Below are positions 21,891 through 33,447 of a stretch of DNA of 64,000 nucleotides, piece after piece (positions within the stretch are counted from its first letter, which is position 1; the number at the start of each line of letters is the position of its first letter). A program made the translations under genes and the position numbers. This DNA comes from an uncultured delta proteobacterium. GTDB lineage: Bacteria; Desulfobacterota; Desulfuromonadia; Desulfuromonadales; JACZKF01. The stretch spans positions 32,001 to 96,000 of the forward strand of contig CAWFKQ010000014.1 of NCBI GenBank assembly GCA_963816395.1. Direction: 5' to 3'. The notes beneath the pieces are model-generated. The model saw only the letters and a list, made by a program, of their open reading frames with translations, made no database searches and was not told the origin of the DNA.

Positions 21891-23852
21891 CAGATCTCCC
21901 TCCCGATCCGGTGGCCTTCCCAGATCGCCATGTCGACCTTGCGGGGAGCGACGCTGTCGCCGATCCGGTACAGCTCCTTCACCTTCCCTTTCAGCTCTTT
22001 ATAAAGGGCGTCGTCCGCCCGCTGCCCCATGGCGAGGACGATGGAGTCGTACGGCCCCCACTCCTGCCAGACGTTGGAGTAGACGTTGAAGCCCTTGACC
22101 GTCTTGGCGCCGGTATCGCCGCCGACCTCCATCACCGCGATGTCGGGGGTGAAGGTGACGCCCTTCTGCAGGAGCCGCTGCCGGGTCAGGTAGAGGTCCT
22201 GGGTCGGCCCCAGTTCGGCGCCGATGAACAGGCTGGAGGTGATGATATGCACCGTCTTGCCGCGGATGGCGAGCAATTCGGCGGTGGCGGTCGCCCGGTG
22301 GTGGCCGTCGTAGTCGATCAGGCAGACCTTCTCCCCCAGCTCCGGCTGCTCATCGAGTACCTGCCAGACATTGAAGACAGAGGGGCCATCGGCGCCGCCG
22401 ACCGGGTGCTCCTTGGGCACGCTGCCGGTGGCGACGATCACCACGTCCGGGTTCTCGGCCACGACCCGGCCGGCCGTCGCCTCGACCCCGAGGCACACCT
22501 TGACGCCGGCCTTGTCGACCTGCTCCTTCTCGTTGCGGACGATGACGCCGAACTCGTCGCGGCCGGTCCCCTTCATGGCGGTCAGGACCTGCCCGCCGAG
22601 GCTTTCGTTGCGGTCGTACAGGGTCACCTGGTGGCCGCGGCGTCCCGCCATCTTGGCCGCCCACATGCCGCCGGGGCCGCCGCCAACGACCGTCACCTTC
22701 TTCGCCACCGCCGCCTTCGCCAGCGTCCCTTCCCCCCACTCCTTCTCCCGCCCGACGGCCGGGTTCTGCACGCAGCCGAGGAGCTTGTTCATGCCGATGC
22801 GGCCGATGCACCCCTGGTTGCAGGCGATGCAGTAGCGGATGTCCTCCATGCGCCCCTCGTAGGCCTTCTTCGGCAGGAACGGATCGCAGATCAGGGCGCG
22901 GCACATGCCGATCATGTCGGCCTGGCCGGCGGCCAGGACCTTCTCCGCCATCACCGGATCGTTGATGCGGCCGGTGCAGAAGACCGGCAGCTTGATCTTC
23001 TCGCGCACCCCGGCGGCGAGCGGGATGGTGTAGCCGAGGGGGGTGTGCATCGAGCCTTCGACCAGGTAGAGGTTGTAGAAGGTGGCGATGGAGAGATCCA
23101 TGAAATCGATGAGGCCCGACGCCTCGAAGCGGGCGCAGATCTCCTGCACCTGGGCGAGATCCAGGCCGCCCGGGATCATCTCGTCGGCGCACATGCGCAC
23201 GCCGAGGGTGAAGTCCCGCCCCACCGCCTTGCGCACGCGCCGAGATGAACATCAGCGGGGCGCGCAGCCGGTTCTCCAGGCTGCCGCCGAACTCGTCCTG
23301 GCGGAAGTTGGTCAGCGGCGAGAGGAACTGGCGGGCCAGGCTCGAATGCCCGAACTGCAGCTCGATGCCGTCGAAGCCCCCCTCGCGCACGTGGATGGCG
23401 CTTTTGGCGAAGTAGCGCGCCACCTCCTCGATGTCCTCCGGCTCCATCTCCTTCGGCGTCTCGCGGAAGAGCACGTCCGGCATCGGCGAGGGCGCCCACA
23501 CCGGCAGGCGCGAAATGGAGCCGTCCCCCTGCTGCCCGTTGTGGTTGAGCTGGGCGAAGATCCTGGCGTCGAACTGGCGGACGTAGTCGGTGACCTTGCG
23601 GAAGCCGGGGATCACCTCGGGGTGGTAGACGTCGATCAGCTTCTCGTAGGCCATGTCCGTGGGATGGACGCTCATCTCCTCGGTGATGACGAGACCGGCC
23701 CCCCCCTTCGCCCGCTCGCCCCAGTAATACATCTGGCGCTCGCTGGGGAGGTTCTTCACCGCCAGGTTGGTCAGGTGCGGCTGGAAGGAGATGCGGTTCT
23801 TCAGCTCCACCGTGCCCAGCTTGATCGGGGAGAAAAGGTAAGGGAACATCAT
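21890..23852 (-). CDS. Mycofactocin-system FadH/OYE family flavin oxidoreductase (frameshift near 23240)
   Basis: YLFSPIKLG...KNRISFQPHLTN, ERAKGGAGL, QFLSPLTNFRQDEFGGSLENR, CIACNQGC, VGGGPGG, APRKVD. Confidence 0.9.
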
Positions 23853-23886
23853 GGGTTTAGGCTCCTTTGGTCGTTTCTTTCACCAT

Positions 23887-23968
23887 CCCCTCACCCCCCT
23901 CCTATAAAGGTGGGGGAAAGACCTTTAGCCCCCTCTCCCCTGGTGGGAGAGGTCTGGGGAGAGGGGGG
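23887..23968. repeat. REP-like CCCTCTCCC/GGGAGAGG palindromic element
   Basis: CCCTCTCCCCTGGTGGGAGAGGTCTGGGGAGAGGGG, with a degenerate copy upstream. Confidence 0.6.
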
Positions 23969-23974
23969 ATGTGT

Positions 23975-25016
23975 CTACGCCGCGGCCGTCTCGCGCTCGT
24001 CGGCGATGGAGCGTCACGCAGCGCTCGAGGCACTCCGGGTCGCCGCCGTCGATGCGGTTCTTCAGGTGGTAGGCGACCGCCGGGCAGCCGCCGTGGCACT
24101 GGTCGAAGCGCTGGCACTCCTCGCAGGAGCGGATGCGCAGGTTGCGCAGGGATGCGAAGATCGGCGCGCCGTCCCACATCTCCTGGAAGGTCTGGGTGCG
24201 GATCGAGCCGGCCAGGAACTCCTCCCGCTGCAGGAAGGCGCAGGGGTAGAAATCGCCCCGCGGGCCGACGCAGGCGGTCAGCTTGGCGGCGCCGCAGAGG
24301 TTGAGCCCGAGCCCCTGGCGCTCCTGCGGGGTCAGGGAGAAGAAGCTGTCGCCGGTGCGCACGTCCCCCTGGCGGCTCAGCCAGTCGGAGAAGGCGAGGA
24401 GCTGCCCGGGCCGCGGGCGCAGGTCCTGCCAGTTCTCGCTGCCGCGCCCCGAGGGGCGAAAGCGGCTGACCCGGAAGGAGACGCCGAGCTGCTTGGCCAG
24501 CTCGTGCAGGTCCGGGATCTCGTGGGCGTTCAGGGAGGTCAGCACGGTATTGATGCTGGTCGGGATGCCGGAGCGGGCGAGCAGCGTCAGCGCCTCGATG
24601 GCGGCGGCATGGGTGCCGCGGCCGCGGATCGCTTCGCAGGTCTCCTTGCGGGCGCCGTCCATGCTCACCTGGATGGCGACCAGCCGGGTGGCGGCCAGCC
24701 GCGCCACCCGCTCGGCGTCGAGGCAGGTGCCGTTGGTCGAGATGCAGGTCATGATGCCGCGCTCGTGGCAGGCGCCGAGGATCTCTTCGAAGTCGGGGCG
24801 CAGGAACGGCTCGCCGCCGCCGAAGTTGATCTGGAAGACGCCGGCCGCATGGATCTGCTCGACCAGGTCGAGGGCCTCGGCGGTGTTCAGCTCGTCCGGC
24901 GCCGTCTCGGCGGAGGCCGACAGGCAGTGCCGGCAGCGCAGGTTGCAGGCGTAGGTCACTTCCCAGGTCAGGTTGACCGGGGAGCGCAGTCCCATCTCAA
25001 CAAATCGGTTGCTCAC
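23975..25016 (-). CDS. mftC: Mycofactocin radical SAM maturase (SPASM)
   Basis: LRSPVNLTWEVTYACNLRCRHCLS, FQINFGGGEP, VRTGDSFFSL, GLNLCGAAKL, CHGGCPAV, DPECL. The true stop is probably 23975 after an indel. Confidence 0.92.
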
Positions 25017-25254
25017 GGAGAAATCCTCTTTCTAGAAGTTGCGCCAGGAACTTGCGCAATATTTTCTGCTGCGGCGCCGACAGCCCCGGGGGGAGTTCGT
25101 CCCGGCGGCGCTCGGCGGCGAAGAAGTCGGCGGGGAGAAGTCTGCCGGTTTCGGCGAAGAGAAGGCGCGGCCCCCTGGAGTCGTAAAACAGGAGGCCGAA
25201 CCCCTCTTGCCGCACGCGGCAGGCGGGATGCAGCCGGATGCCTGCCGCTTCCAT
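24997..25254 (-). CDS. mftB: Mycofactocin peptide chaperone (RRE domain)
   Basis: RLHPACRVRQEGFGLLFYDSRGPRLLF...FLAQLLERGFL, between the precursor and mftC. Confidence 0.88.
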   Translation of the reverse strand: MEAAGIRLHPACRVRQEGFGLLFYDSRGPRLLFAETGRLLPADFFAAERRRDELPPGLSAPQQKILRKFLAQLLERGFLREQPIC

Positions 25255-25255
25255 C

Positions 25256-25363
25256 TCAGTACACCCCGCAGATGCCGTCGATAGCGAGTTCCTCGATCTG
25301 GATTTCCTCCAGGATCATGGGCTCTTCGTTGCAGGTTTCGTCTACTTGCTTTTCCGTTTCCAT
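25256..25363 (-). CDS. mftA: Mycofactocin precursor peptide, variant type (35 aa, not in ORF track)
   Basis: RBS AAAGGAG; METEKQVDETCNEEPMILEEIQIEELAIDGICGVY*, matching the MftA C-terminus IDGxCGVY. Confidence 0.95.
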   Translation of the reverse strand: METEKQVDETCNEEPMILEEIQIEELAIDGICGVY

Positions 25364-25423
25364 CTTGTCTCTCCTTTCAAAGGTCTGGCGCCCCATAATG
25401 TTGCGCGATCTATTCCCCTACTC

Positions 25424-25439
25424 TGCAACGCCGGTGCCA
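25424..25439 (-). promoter_or_regulatory. sigma54 promoter of mft operon
   Basis: TGGCACCGGCGTTGCA on the minus strand. Confidence 0.85.
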
Positions 25440-25512
25440 ATAATAGAACATTGGTCTATGTCAGCATTTTCCCGCTGCCGCGCCCGGGCCGTTTTCCTTG
25501 ACCGGGCCGTTA

Positions 25513-25601
25513 TGGGGAGAAATTGGACATTGTACAACCGGTGGACTTTTTCGAAGGAGAGGTTGCTGGTGAATTTTTCTACAGTGAGGAGCTTGTCCAC
25601 A
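25513..25601. promoter_or_regulatory. Putative enhancer (bEBP UAS) array upstream of mftA
   Basis: 17-mers TGGGGAGAAATTGGACA (25513), TGGTGAATTTTTCTACA (25567), TGAGGAGCTTGTCCACA (25585). Confidence 0.65.
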
Positions 25602-25703
25602 CTTTCCAAACCATTGTTTTATGATATTGGCGTTTGTCAATAGTGGAACGGGAGTGCATGATAGGTCCTATACGTGTCCAACTGGACCTATAATGGAGTC
25701 GTC

Positions 25704-26201
25704 ATGCCGGAACCGAACTCGCACTGCTCCTTCTGCGGGGCTGAATTCTCTCCGTCTGCGGCGTGGCCGCGGAAGTGCCGCGCCTGCGGGAATACCACCT
25801 ATCGCAACCCGATTCCGGTGGTGGTGGTCCTGCTGCCGGCAAACGGCGGCCTGGTTGCCATCCGGAGAAACATCGAACCGCAAAAGGGGCTGCTCGCGCT
25901 GCCCGGCGGCTATCTCGATTACGGGGAGAGCTGGCAGGAAGGGGCGAGCCGGGAGCTGCGCGAGGAGACGGGGATCGAGATCGCCCCCGAGGACCTTCGG
26001 CTCTACGACGTCCTGACCGCCCCGGACGGAACGATCGTCATCTTCGGCCTGGCCGGGAAAGGTATCCGGGGTCCGGTGGCCGCGCATTCCTCGGCGGAGA
26101 CCCTGGAAGTCGTCGTCATCGACCGGACGACCGAGCTGTGTTTCGAGCTGCACAACCAGGTGACGGCCAGATATTTTACCGAGAACGACAGGCGGAGCTG
26201 A
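25704..26201 (+). CDS. NUDIX hydrolase with N-terminal zinc ribbon
   Basis: CSFCG...CRACG, YRNPIP, Nudix box GGYLDYGESWQEGASRELREETG. Confidence 0.9.
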   Translation: MPEPNSHCSFCGAEFSPSAAWPRKCRACGNTTYRNPIPVVVVLLPANGGLVAIRRNIEPQKGLLALPGGYLDYGESWQEGASRELREETGIEIAPEDLRLYDVLTAPDGTIVIFGLAGKGIRGPVAAHSSAETLEVVVIDRTTELCFELHNQVTARYFTENDRRS

Positions 26202-26336
26202 ACGAGCACCGGCCAGCCATCACCAACCTCCGAGCACTCCCGTCGCCAGCATTTCACCAGGCACTCCCCCGGGTTAAAGGCCCCCCATTCCCCTGTATAA
26301 TAGCTGGGTGTTGGCCCGCACCTGGGGACAAACACC

Positions 26337-27675
26337 ATGGAGAGATTCCCGAAATCCGCCATCTCGCGGTTGCATACCTGGCTGAAGCGGCTGGTCAGGG
26401 TGGAACCGGAAGAAATCCCGGCGCTTCTCTGGTCGTTCAGTTACTTTTTTGCCCTGCTGTGCGCCTATTACATCGTGCGGCCGATGCGCGACGAGATGGG
26501 GATCGCCGGCGGCGTCGAGCATCTGCAGTGGCTCTTTACCGGCACCTTTCTGGCGATGCTGGCCGCGGTCCCCCTGTTCGGCTGGGTGACCTCGCGCTAT
26601 CCCCGCCGGCGGTTTCTCCCCCTGGTCTATCTCTTCTTTATCGCCAACCTGCTCCTCTTTTTCGGCCTGTTTCGCTCCGGCCTGACCCACGCCTGGGTGG
26701 CGCGGGCCTTTTTCATCTGGACCAGCGTGTTCAACCTGTTCATCGTCTCGGTCTTCTGGAGCTTCATGGCCGACCTGTTCAGCAATGCCCAGGCCAAGCG
26801 CCTGTTCGGTTTCATCGCCGCCGGCGGCACCGCCGGGGCGCTGGCCGGCCCGGCCCTGACCGCCACCCTGGCCATCCCCCTGGGGCCGACCAACCTGCTG
26901 CTGATCTCCGCCGCCGGTCTCGGCTGGGCGATCCTCTGCATCCACCGGCTGATCGCCTGGAGCGCGGGGGCCGACCCGGACCGGCCGGCGCCGCCGGCCG
27001 GCGGGAGAACCGCCCGCCGGCCGGCAGGGAGCGGGGCCTGGGCGGCGGGGCGCTGGCCGGGGTCCGGCTGATCGCCCGCTCCCCCTACCTGCTGGGGATC
27101 GGCCTGCTGATCCTGCTCTACACCACCCTGTCGACCTTCCTCTATTTTCAGCAGGCCACATCGTCCGCGACAGTTTCAGCGACCCGGCCACGCGCACCAC
27201 GGTCTTTGCGGCCATGGATTTTGCCGCCAACGCCCTGACCCTCGTCATCCAGGTCTTTCTCACCAGCCGCATCGTCAGGGGCTTCGGCCTGGGCTGGAGT
27301 CTGGCGCTGATCCCCCTGCTGCTGGGGGGCGGCTTTCTGCTCCTCGGCGCGGCGCCGCTGCTGGGGGTGCTGGTCGCCGTTCAGGTGGTGCGCCGGGCCG
27401 GCAATTACGCCATCATGAAGCCGTCCCGGGAAATGCTCTTCGTCGTTCTCGACCAGGAGGAAAAGTACAAGGCGAAAAACGTGATCGACACGGTCATCTA
27501 CCGCAGCGGCGACGTGGTCAGCGCCTGGGCCTATGCGGGGCTGCAGGCCCTCGGGCTCGGCCTTTCCGCCATCGCTTTCCTTGCCGTGCCGGTGGCCGGG
27601 GTCTGGGCGTGGATCTGCTTCCGGCTCGGCAGGATGCAGGAAGCCGAGCGCAAATCAGAGGAGGTATCGCCATGA
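26337..27675 (+). CDS. MFS transporter, NTP/NDP exchange (Npt1-like) family (frameshifted)
   Basis: YYIVRPMRDEMG, FWSFMADLFS..QAKRLFG, KPSREMLF, KYKAKNVIDTVIYRSGD. Confidence 0.8.
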
Positions 27676-28601
27676 GAGGAATCGATCATCCGATGTCCCG
27701 AAGAACCTTCGTCGGCTCGCTGGCCGCCGCGCTGGCGGCCGCCTGGCTGGTCCTCCCGGCGTGCGCGCCGGCGGAGAAGGACCTGATCCGAAAGGCCATC
27801 CCGGGCACCGGGGAAACGCTGCCGGTCATCGGCCTGGGCACCTCGCGGACCTTCGACGTCGGCAATGATGAGGCCGCCCTGTCGGACCTCGCCGAGGTCC
27901 TGCAGGCCTTTTTCGCCAACGGCGGAGAGCTGATCGACTCCTCCCCCATGTACGGCACGCGGAGCGGTGGTCGGCGGGCTGCTGAAGCGGGTCGGTCACC
28001 GCGAGACCTGTTCGCCGCCACCAAGGTCTGGACCGACGGCCGGGAGGCCGGCATCCGGCAGATGGAGGATTCGCGGCGCAAGTGGGGGATCGCCGCTTCG
28101 ACCTGATGCAGATCCACAACCTGCGCGACTGGCAGACGCATCTGCCGACCCTGCGCGCCTGGAAAGCCGAGGGCAAATCCGCTACATCGGCATCACCACC
28201 TCCCACGGCCGCTTCCACCGGGAACTGGAGGAGATCCTGCGCAACGAGCCGCTCGACTTCGTCCAGTTCAGCTACAACATCGAGGACCGCACCGCCGAGG
28301 AGCGCCTGCTGCCGCTGGCGGCCGAACAGGGGGTGGCGGTTCTGGTCAACCGCCCCTTCCAGCGCGGCGAGCTGTTCCGCAAGGTCAAAGGGAAGCCGCT
28401 GCCCGACTGGGCCGCCGAGTTCGACTGCGCCAGCTGGGGGCAGTTCTTCCTCAAGTTCATCGTCTCCCATCCGGCGGTCACCTGCGCGATACCCGCCACT
28501 TCCAAGGTCCGCCACATGGAGACAACATGGGGGCAGGATTCGGCCGGCTGCCCGATGCCGCGATGCGCCGGAGAATGGTGGACTATTTCGATTCGTTGTA
28601 A
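27672..28601 (+). CDS. Aldo/keto reductase with Tat-like signal (multiple frameshifts)
   Basis: SRRTFVG, LPVIGLGTSRTF, IDSSPMYG, ATKVW, DLMQIHNL, AIPATSK. Confidence 0.8.
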
Positions 28602-28939
28602 CCGGAGAGGTTCGCGAGGCAGCGAGTCCCCCGCATCCCCTCCGGCGGCAGGGTGGTGCGGAACATGGTGGCGACGCCGCGGGGGAATCTCTATCCGGCC
28701 TGCAGTGAACAAGGCGCCGTGGTGATGATAGAATAAGCAGAATCTTCGCAGCCGGCCCGGGCCTATCAGGCGCGCTTGTAATTGACAGAGGTTCGGCTTA
28801 GGCGGGTTCGGCTGACCAGGCGGCGTGAACGAAAGGAAACAGGGGTGAACGGTCTACACTACTGACAAGTATTCTTGCACGGCGATGTCAATATGTACCG
28901 ACACCCTCAGCCCCTCCATACAAGAGGAGAACGGATAGC

Positions 28940-29236
28940 ATGAAGGTTCTGGTTGATTTGTGCATCGTCCCAGTCGGTGTCGGGGTGTCCCTCTCCCCCT
29001 ATATTGCGGCCTGCGAAAGGGTAATGACCGCGGCCGGTCTGAAGACCTCACTGCATTCGTACGGCACGAATATCGAGGGAGAGTGGGACGAGGTGTTTGC
29101 GGCGGTGAAGCGTTGTCACGAAGTCGTCCATGAGATGGGCGCGCCGCGGATCACCACAACCATCAAGCTGGGCACCCGGACGGACCGGGTCCAGACAATG
29201 GAGGATAAGGTGAGGAGCGTGAAGGAGAAGCTCTGA
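28940..29236 (+). CDS. MTH1187/YkoF-like thiamine-binding protein
   Basis: VSLSPYIAAC, LHSYGTNIEGEWDEVF, GAPRI, TRTDR. Confidence 0.9.
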   Translation: MKVLVDLCIVPVGVGVSLSPYIAACERVMTAAGLKTSLHSYGTNIEGEWDEVFAAVKRCHEVVHEMGAPRITTTIKLGTRTDRVQTMEDKVRSVKEKL

Positions 29237-29569
29237 GCCGGGAAAATCTGGTATTGGCGCGGCTTTCCCCCTCCCTTGATAAAAAGCCTCGAACAGCAGC
29301 GACCACTTGTCCCCCACGAGGTCGAGGGTGTTCGCAACGGGGCAGGGGGAGCGCCGAAATCCTTCTTGTTTCTTCGAGCTGTTTCAGACACGGCGCCAGG
29401 CAATAAATTCAGGTGAGCAGGCTAACGGGTGGAGATCTGCAAGTAGCTGATTTTCAGCTACTTTGACAACCGTCGAGGTGGTGATAAAAAAGCATTAACC
29501 GCTCGCAAATGCGAAGAAAGCGGTCTTTCGGAAATTCCAAACACACGCCATCGGGAAGGAGAACCGATC

Positions 29570-29761
29570 ATGATTAAAGTCGCATTAACAGCGGTCCTGG
29601 CAATGGTGGTTGTCGGGTGTGCAGGGCCGGGGGCGGTCGGACGAACAAGCAACCAGGAGTTCAGGGAAGGGGTCGGTTACAATCGGCCCGCGGAACCCAA
29701 TTTCCCCACGGGAGTAGCGGACGTTGGCGTCCCGAAAAATGTGCCGGGCGCGATTAATTAG
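29570..29761 (+). CDS. Small putative lipoprotein
   Basis: RBS AAGGAG; signal peptide with lipobox VVGC. Confidence 0.55.
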   Translation: MIKVALTAVLAMVVVGCAGPGAVGRTSNQEFREGVGYNRPAEPNFPTGVADVGVPKNVPGAIN

Positions 29762-29860
29762 CCGATGATCGATCCTGAGCTTTCGGTCGATCCGAAAGTC
29801 GTTAACATCGGGGGCTGAAGTTCGCCTATCACCACTGACCAGCCCAGTACAACGCCAGAT

Positions 29861-29907
29861 AAAAGGGGATAGGCTGCTGTTCCGAAAAACGCAGCCTATC
29901 CCCTTTT
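29861..29907. terminator. Bidirectional terminator
   Basis: AAAAGGGGATAGGCTGC...GCAGCCTATCCCCTTTT between convergent genes. Confidence 0.7.
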
Positions 29908-29963
29908 CAGCCTTTGATCCTCGCTTCACCCCGATCCAGATGCAAGCAGAAGTGCCAAGAATT

Positions 29964-30456
29964 TCAGGGTGATGGCATTGGGAACTGTATATAAGGCGGG
30001 GGTGGCGTTTTATCTGGCGGCACATAGGCCGGCGCCGGTTCGCCGGCCGGCCCCAGTGCCCTGGCCAGTTGATGGATCGCCCTCAGATCGCTTTCGCTCA
30101 TATCCCGAAGCGCAAACCAGGGCATCGGCGGGCGGGAGCGCAGGGTCCTGGCAAATTGCACCCATTTATCTTCGGAATATGCTTTGCGCGAAAAGCCGCA
30201 GATTGGTTGGATAGGTCGTGCCCCACGGTCCATGCCAACCGAGTTTATCGCCAACGAGCCACCGCGCTTCCGGGAGCAGCCCTCCGGACTCGGCATATCC
30301 CGGCGTATGGCAGTCATTGCAGCCGGCTATCCTGACGAGATATCTCCCGCGCTCCTGTTGCGGCTCTGATCCCCCCTGAAAAGGGTCTGACTGCGCCGTT
30401 CCTGAAAGAACCACCATGCCGACCACGAGTAACATGACCTGTCCATACTTGGGCAT
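29964..30456 (-). CDS. Monoheme cytochrome c (frameshifted)
   Basis: Signal peptide, RGRYLVRIAGCNDCHTPGY, GPWGTTYPTNLR, PPMPW. Confidence 0.8.
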
Positions 30457-30475
30457 GGAACCTCCTTCGATAACT

Positions 30476-31111
30476 TCACCCCTGTCGCCACATCCTCGCC
30501 GTCTCCTGGGCGAAATCCTCGAACCTGCGCGGTGCGTGCCCGAGCAGTTTCGTCAAACGCTCAATGTCCGCGGGGACGGCCTGGAGACCCTTTTCCTGGA
30601 AGAACCGGTACATGAGCCGGAAGTCGAAGGCCATCCACGCGGGCAGGAACGACAACGATTGCTGCTCCCAGCTGCCGAGATCGTTGCCGCCGTAGCGGAT
30701 GGGTTTGCCCAAGGCGCGGGTCCCGTGTAGGGAACGCCTGCAGACTTGACGACCTTCTCGATCGGGAGCTTGGCGCCGAAATGTGGCAGATGCAAAGCAG
30801 ATTCCAGATTGAATACTGACATATACACGAGGCGCTTCACGCCTGACATGCGGATGCCATTCAAGGCCATGAGGCCTTCATGCGTCTCCGTGGGGCTGAC
30901 GGCGTTCAGCAGGAAAACGCCGTCCATGCCCTTGAATACGGAGCGCACCGTCCCTGTATCGAGCAGGTCGCCGATCACGGCCTGAGCCCCTGCGGGGAGG
31001 CTCCGGCTTGGTACTGCGCGTGAGCACCCGGACCTCCACCCTGCGCGCCAGCAATTCGCGCACGACCTGCGAACCTGTCGTTCCCGTCCCGCCGACCACA
31101 AGGATTCTCAC
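30476..31111 (-). pseudogene. NmrA-like NAD(P)H-binding protein with apparent internal deletion and frameshifts
   Basis: ILVVGGTGTTGSQVV and PHFGAK, then GVPYT joins directly to ALGKPIRY; about 210 codons in total. Confidence 0.55.
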
Positions 31112-31249
31112 CTGAGGCCCTCCCTGGCTGAGCGCTTGACCGATGCTGAACAAGATAGCACGGATACTACAAGGGGCAACTCTGAAGGGGGCGGGAAGAG
31201 TTCGGGGGATGAGTGGCGCTGAGGCTGGTGAGAGGGTCCTCTGCTCTTC

Positions 31250-31375
31250 CGGCACGGCCTCGCCTGACTTTTGCCCCTCCGCCGGGCAACCTCGGAGCGG
31301 GGGAGTCCTTCGCGTTTCGCTTCTTCGGCCAGGCGGTGATCCAGGTCATCGAGGAGGCGCAGGCTCAACCGTCAT
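31250..31375 (-). pseudogene. CopG/ribbon-helix-helix fragment
   Basis: SLRLLDDLDHRLAEEAKREGLPRSEVARR, then loses coding character. Confidence 0.45.
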
Positions 31376-31483
31376 CGCGGGAGGCTTGCTTCTTTGTTTT
31401 TTATTGACGACAGCCGTCGGAACAAGTAGGAAGATACATGTCCATGTGAAGCGGTTATTTGAAACCTTTTTACAGGATAAACA

Positions 31484-33204
31484 ATGAGCCGCAAAAACCT
31501 CGCCGAAGAAAGAACAAGGGAAGACCTGCTTTTCGAGATTGCAGAGTTGCGGGCCCGTCTCGCATCCCTCGAGGCGAGTGGCCGCAGATCGGACCAGAAC
31601 GGCGGCAGAGGTGAGCAGGGGCCACCAGGGGGCGGGCATAGCTGCACCCGTTGGAACCGGCCGAGCGGGCCCTGCGCGAAAGTGAAGAGCAACTGCGCAT
31701 CCTCTTTGACAGCGCCCCGGTCGGCATGATCGTGGTCGATCCGGTCGACCTGAAATTTTTGCAGGTCAACCGCAAAGCCCTCGAACTCTCCGGCTTCACC
31801 CGGGAGGAATTCGACCACCTGACGGTTCTCGATTTCGAAGCCCATTTCCCTCCCGACGAAGTCAGCGCCAGAGGACAAAAATACAGTCGCGAAGGGTGGC
31901 ACCAGTTCGACACCCGGATACGCACCCGGCAGGGGAAGCTGCATGATCTGCGGGTCACCGGCGAGTCGGTCCAACTGGGTGGACGCCCCTATCTCCTGCA
32001 GATCATCGAAGATATTTCCGCCAGCAAAATCCTCGAACGGCAGTTAATGCAGGCCAAAGATGCGGCCGAGGAGGCGAGCCGGGCCAAAGGGGAATTCCTG
32101 GCCAACATGAGCCATGAGATCCGCACCCCTCTTACGGTCGTGATGGCCTGCCTGGAGCACCTCCTCGGCACCTGCGCAGGGGCCGAGCAACAGGACCTTC
32201 TGCAACTGGCGAACAGCTCTGCTGATCGTCTGCATGCGCTGATCGAGGACGTTCTGGACCTTTCACGGATCGAAGCCCGACACCTGGAAGTCAGCTGCTC
32301 GGCATTCAACGTGAGAGAATGCGTCGGCAGCGCCATCGAACTTCTTCGTCTGCAGGCGGAAAATAAAGGCCTGGAACTTCGCTGCGAGATCGACCCGGCG
32401 GTCCCGGCGACCGCCAATGCCGACCCCTGCCGGCTATCCCAGGTTCTCACGAACCTGATCGGCAACGCGGTCAAATTCACTGCCGCAGGAGCCGTGACGG
32501 TGCGACTTGAGTCCACGCCGGAGGGTCTGCTTTTCTCCGTCCGTGACACGGGAATCGGCATCGCCGAGAGTAACCGCGACCGGCTGTTCCAGAGCTTCAG
32601 TCAGATCGACAGCTCCCTTACCCGCAAGTATGGCGGTACCGGTCTGGGACTTGCCATCAGCAAAACCCTGGTGGAGTTGATGGGCGGCAGCATCTGGTTG
32701 GAGAGCGAGGAAGGGATTGGCAGCGTTTTCTCGTTTACCCTCCCCACGAACCCGACCACCCCTGCAGGCGGAAAGTTCGGCGCAAGGGAAAAGTCAACGA
32801 CCTCTTCGCCAGGGGTCGTTCATGCCGGCCGGCTTCTGCTGGTCGAAGACGATCCCCGGGTGCGGAGAGTGCTAAGGCTGATGCTGAGCGAGCGCGGCTG
32901 GGAGGTGGCGATTGCCGCCAGCGGCGAAGAAGCGGTGCAGCAATGGCTGCAGGGGGGAATCGACCTGATCCTGATGGACCTGCAGATGCCGGACACGAAC
33001 GGCCTGGAGGTCACGCGGACCATCCGGGAACAGGAAGCGAAAATTGGCGGGCGAATCCCCATCGTCGCTCTGACCGCGCATGTGCGGCCCGAAGACCGGG
33101 AAAGCTGCAGGGCGGCCGGGATGGACGATTTCCTCAGCAAACCGGTAACCAGGGACCACCTCTTCGCCACGATAGACATCCATCTGCGGTCGCGGCGCCG
33201 GTGA
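31484..33204 (+). CDS. PAS-domain hybrid sensor kinase/response regulator (frameshift near 31620)
   Basis: PAS, FLANMSHEIRTPL, NLIGNAVKFT, GGTGLGL, receiver LMDLQMP. Confidence 0.9.
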
Positions 33205-33282
33205 CCGCGCCGGGTCCTCCCCCCGAAACTCCCGCCCTTTTATAACAGACGCACTGCTTCAGGTGGGGTTATTTTTGTCGGC

Positions 33283-33447
33283 TCAGCTCTTTCTGCTCGT
33301 CTGCGCCGTGAACTGCGACACCCGCTGGTACACCTGCTCGCTGCCGCAGCCGGGACAGCGCAAGCCTCCCCGGTCCCGCTCGGTGATGCTCTGCACCTTG
33401 GTAAATTCCATTCGGCACTTCTCGCAACGGTATTCGTACGTCGGCAT
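33283..33447 (-). CDS. FmdB-family zinc ribbon protein (54 aa, not in ORF track)
   Basis: RBS GGAGG; MPTYEYRCEKC...CPGCGS...TSRKS*. Confidence 0.85.
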   Translation of the reverse strand: MPTYEYRCEKCRMEFTKVQSITERDRGGLRCPGCGSEQVYQRVSQFTAQTSRKS

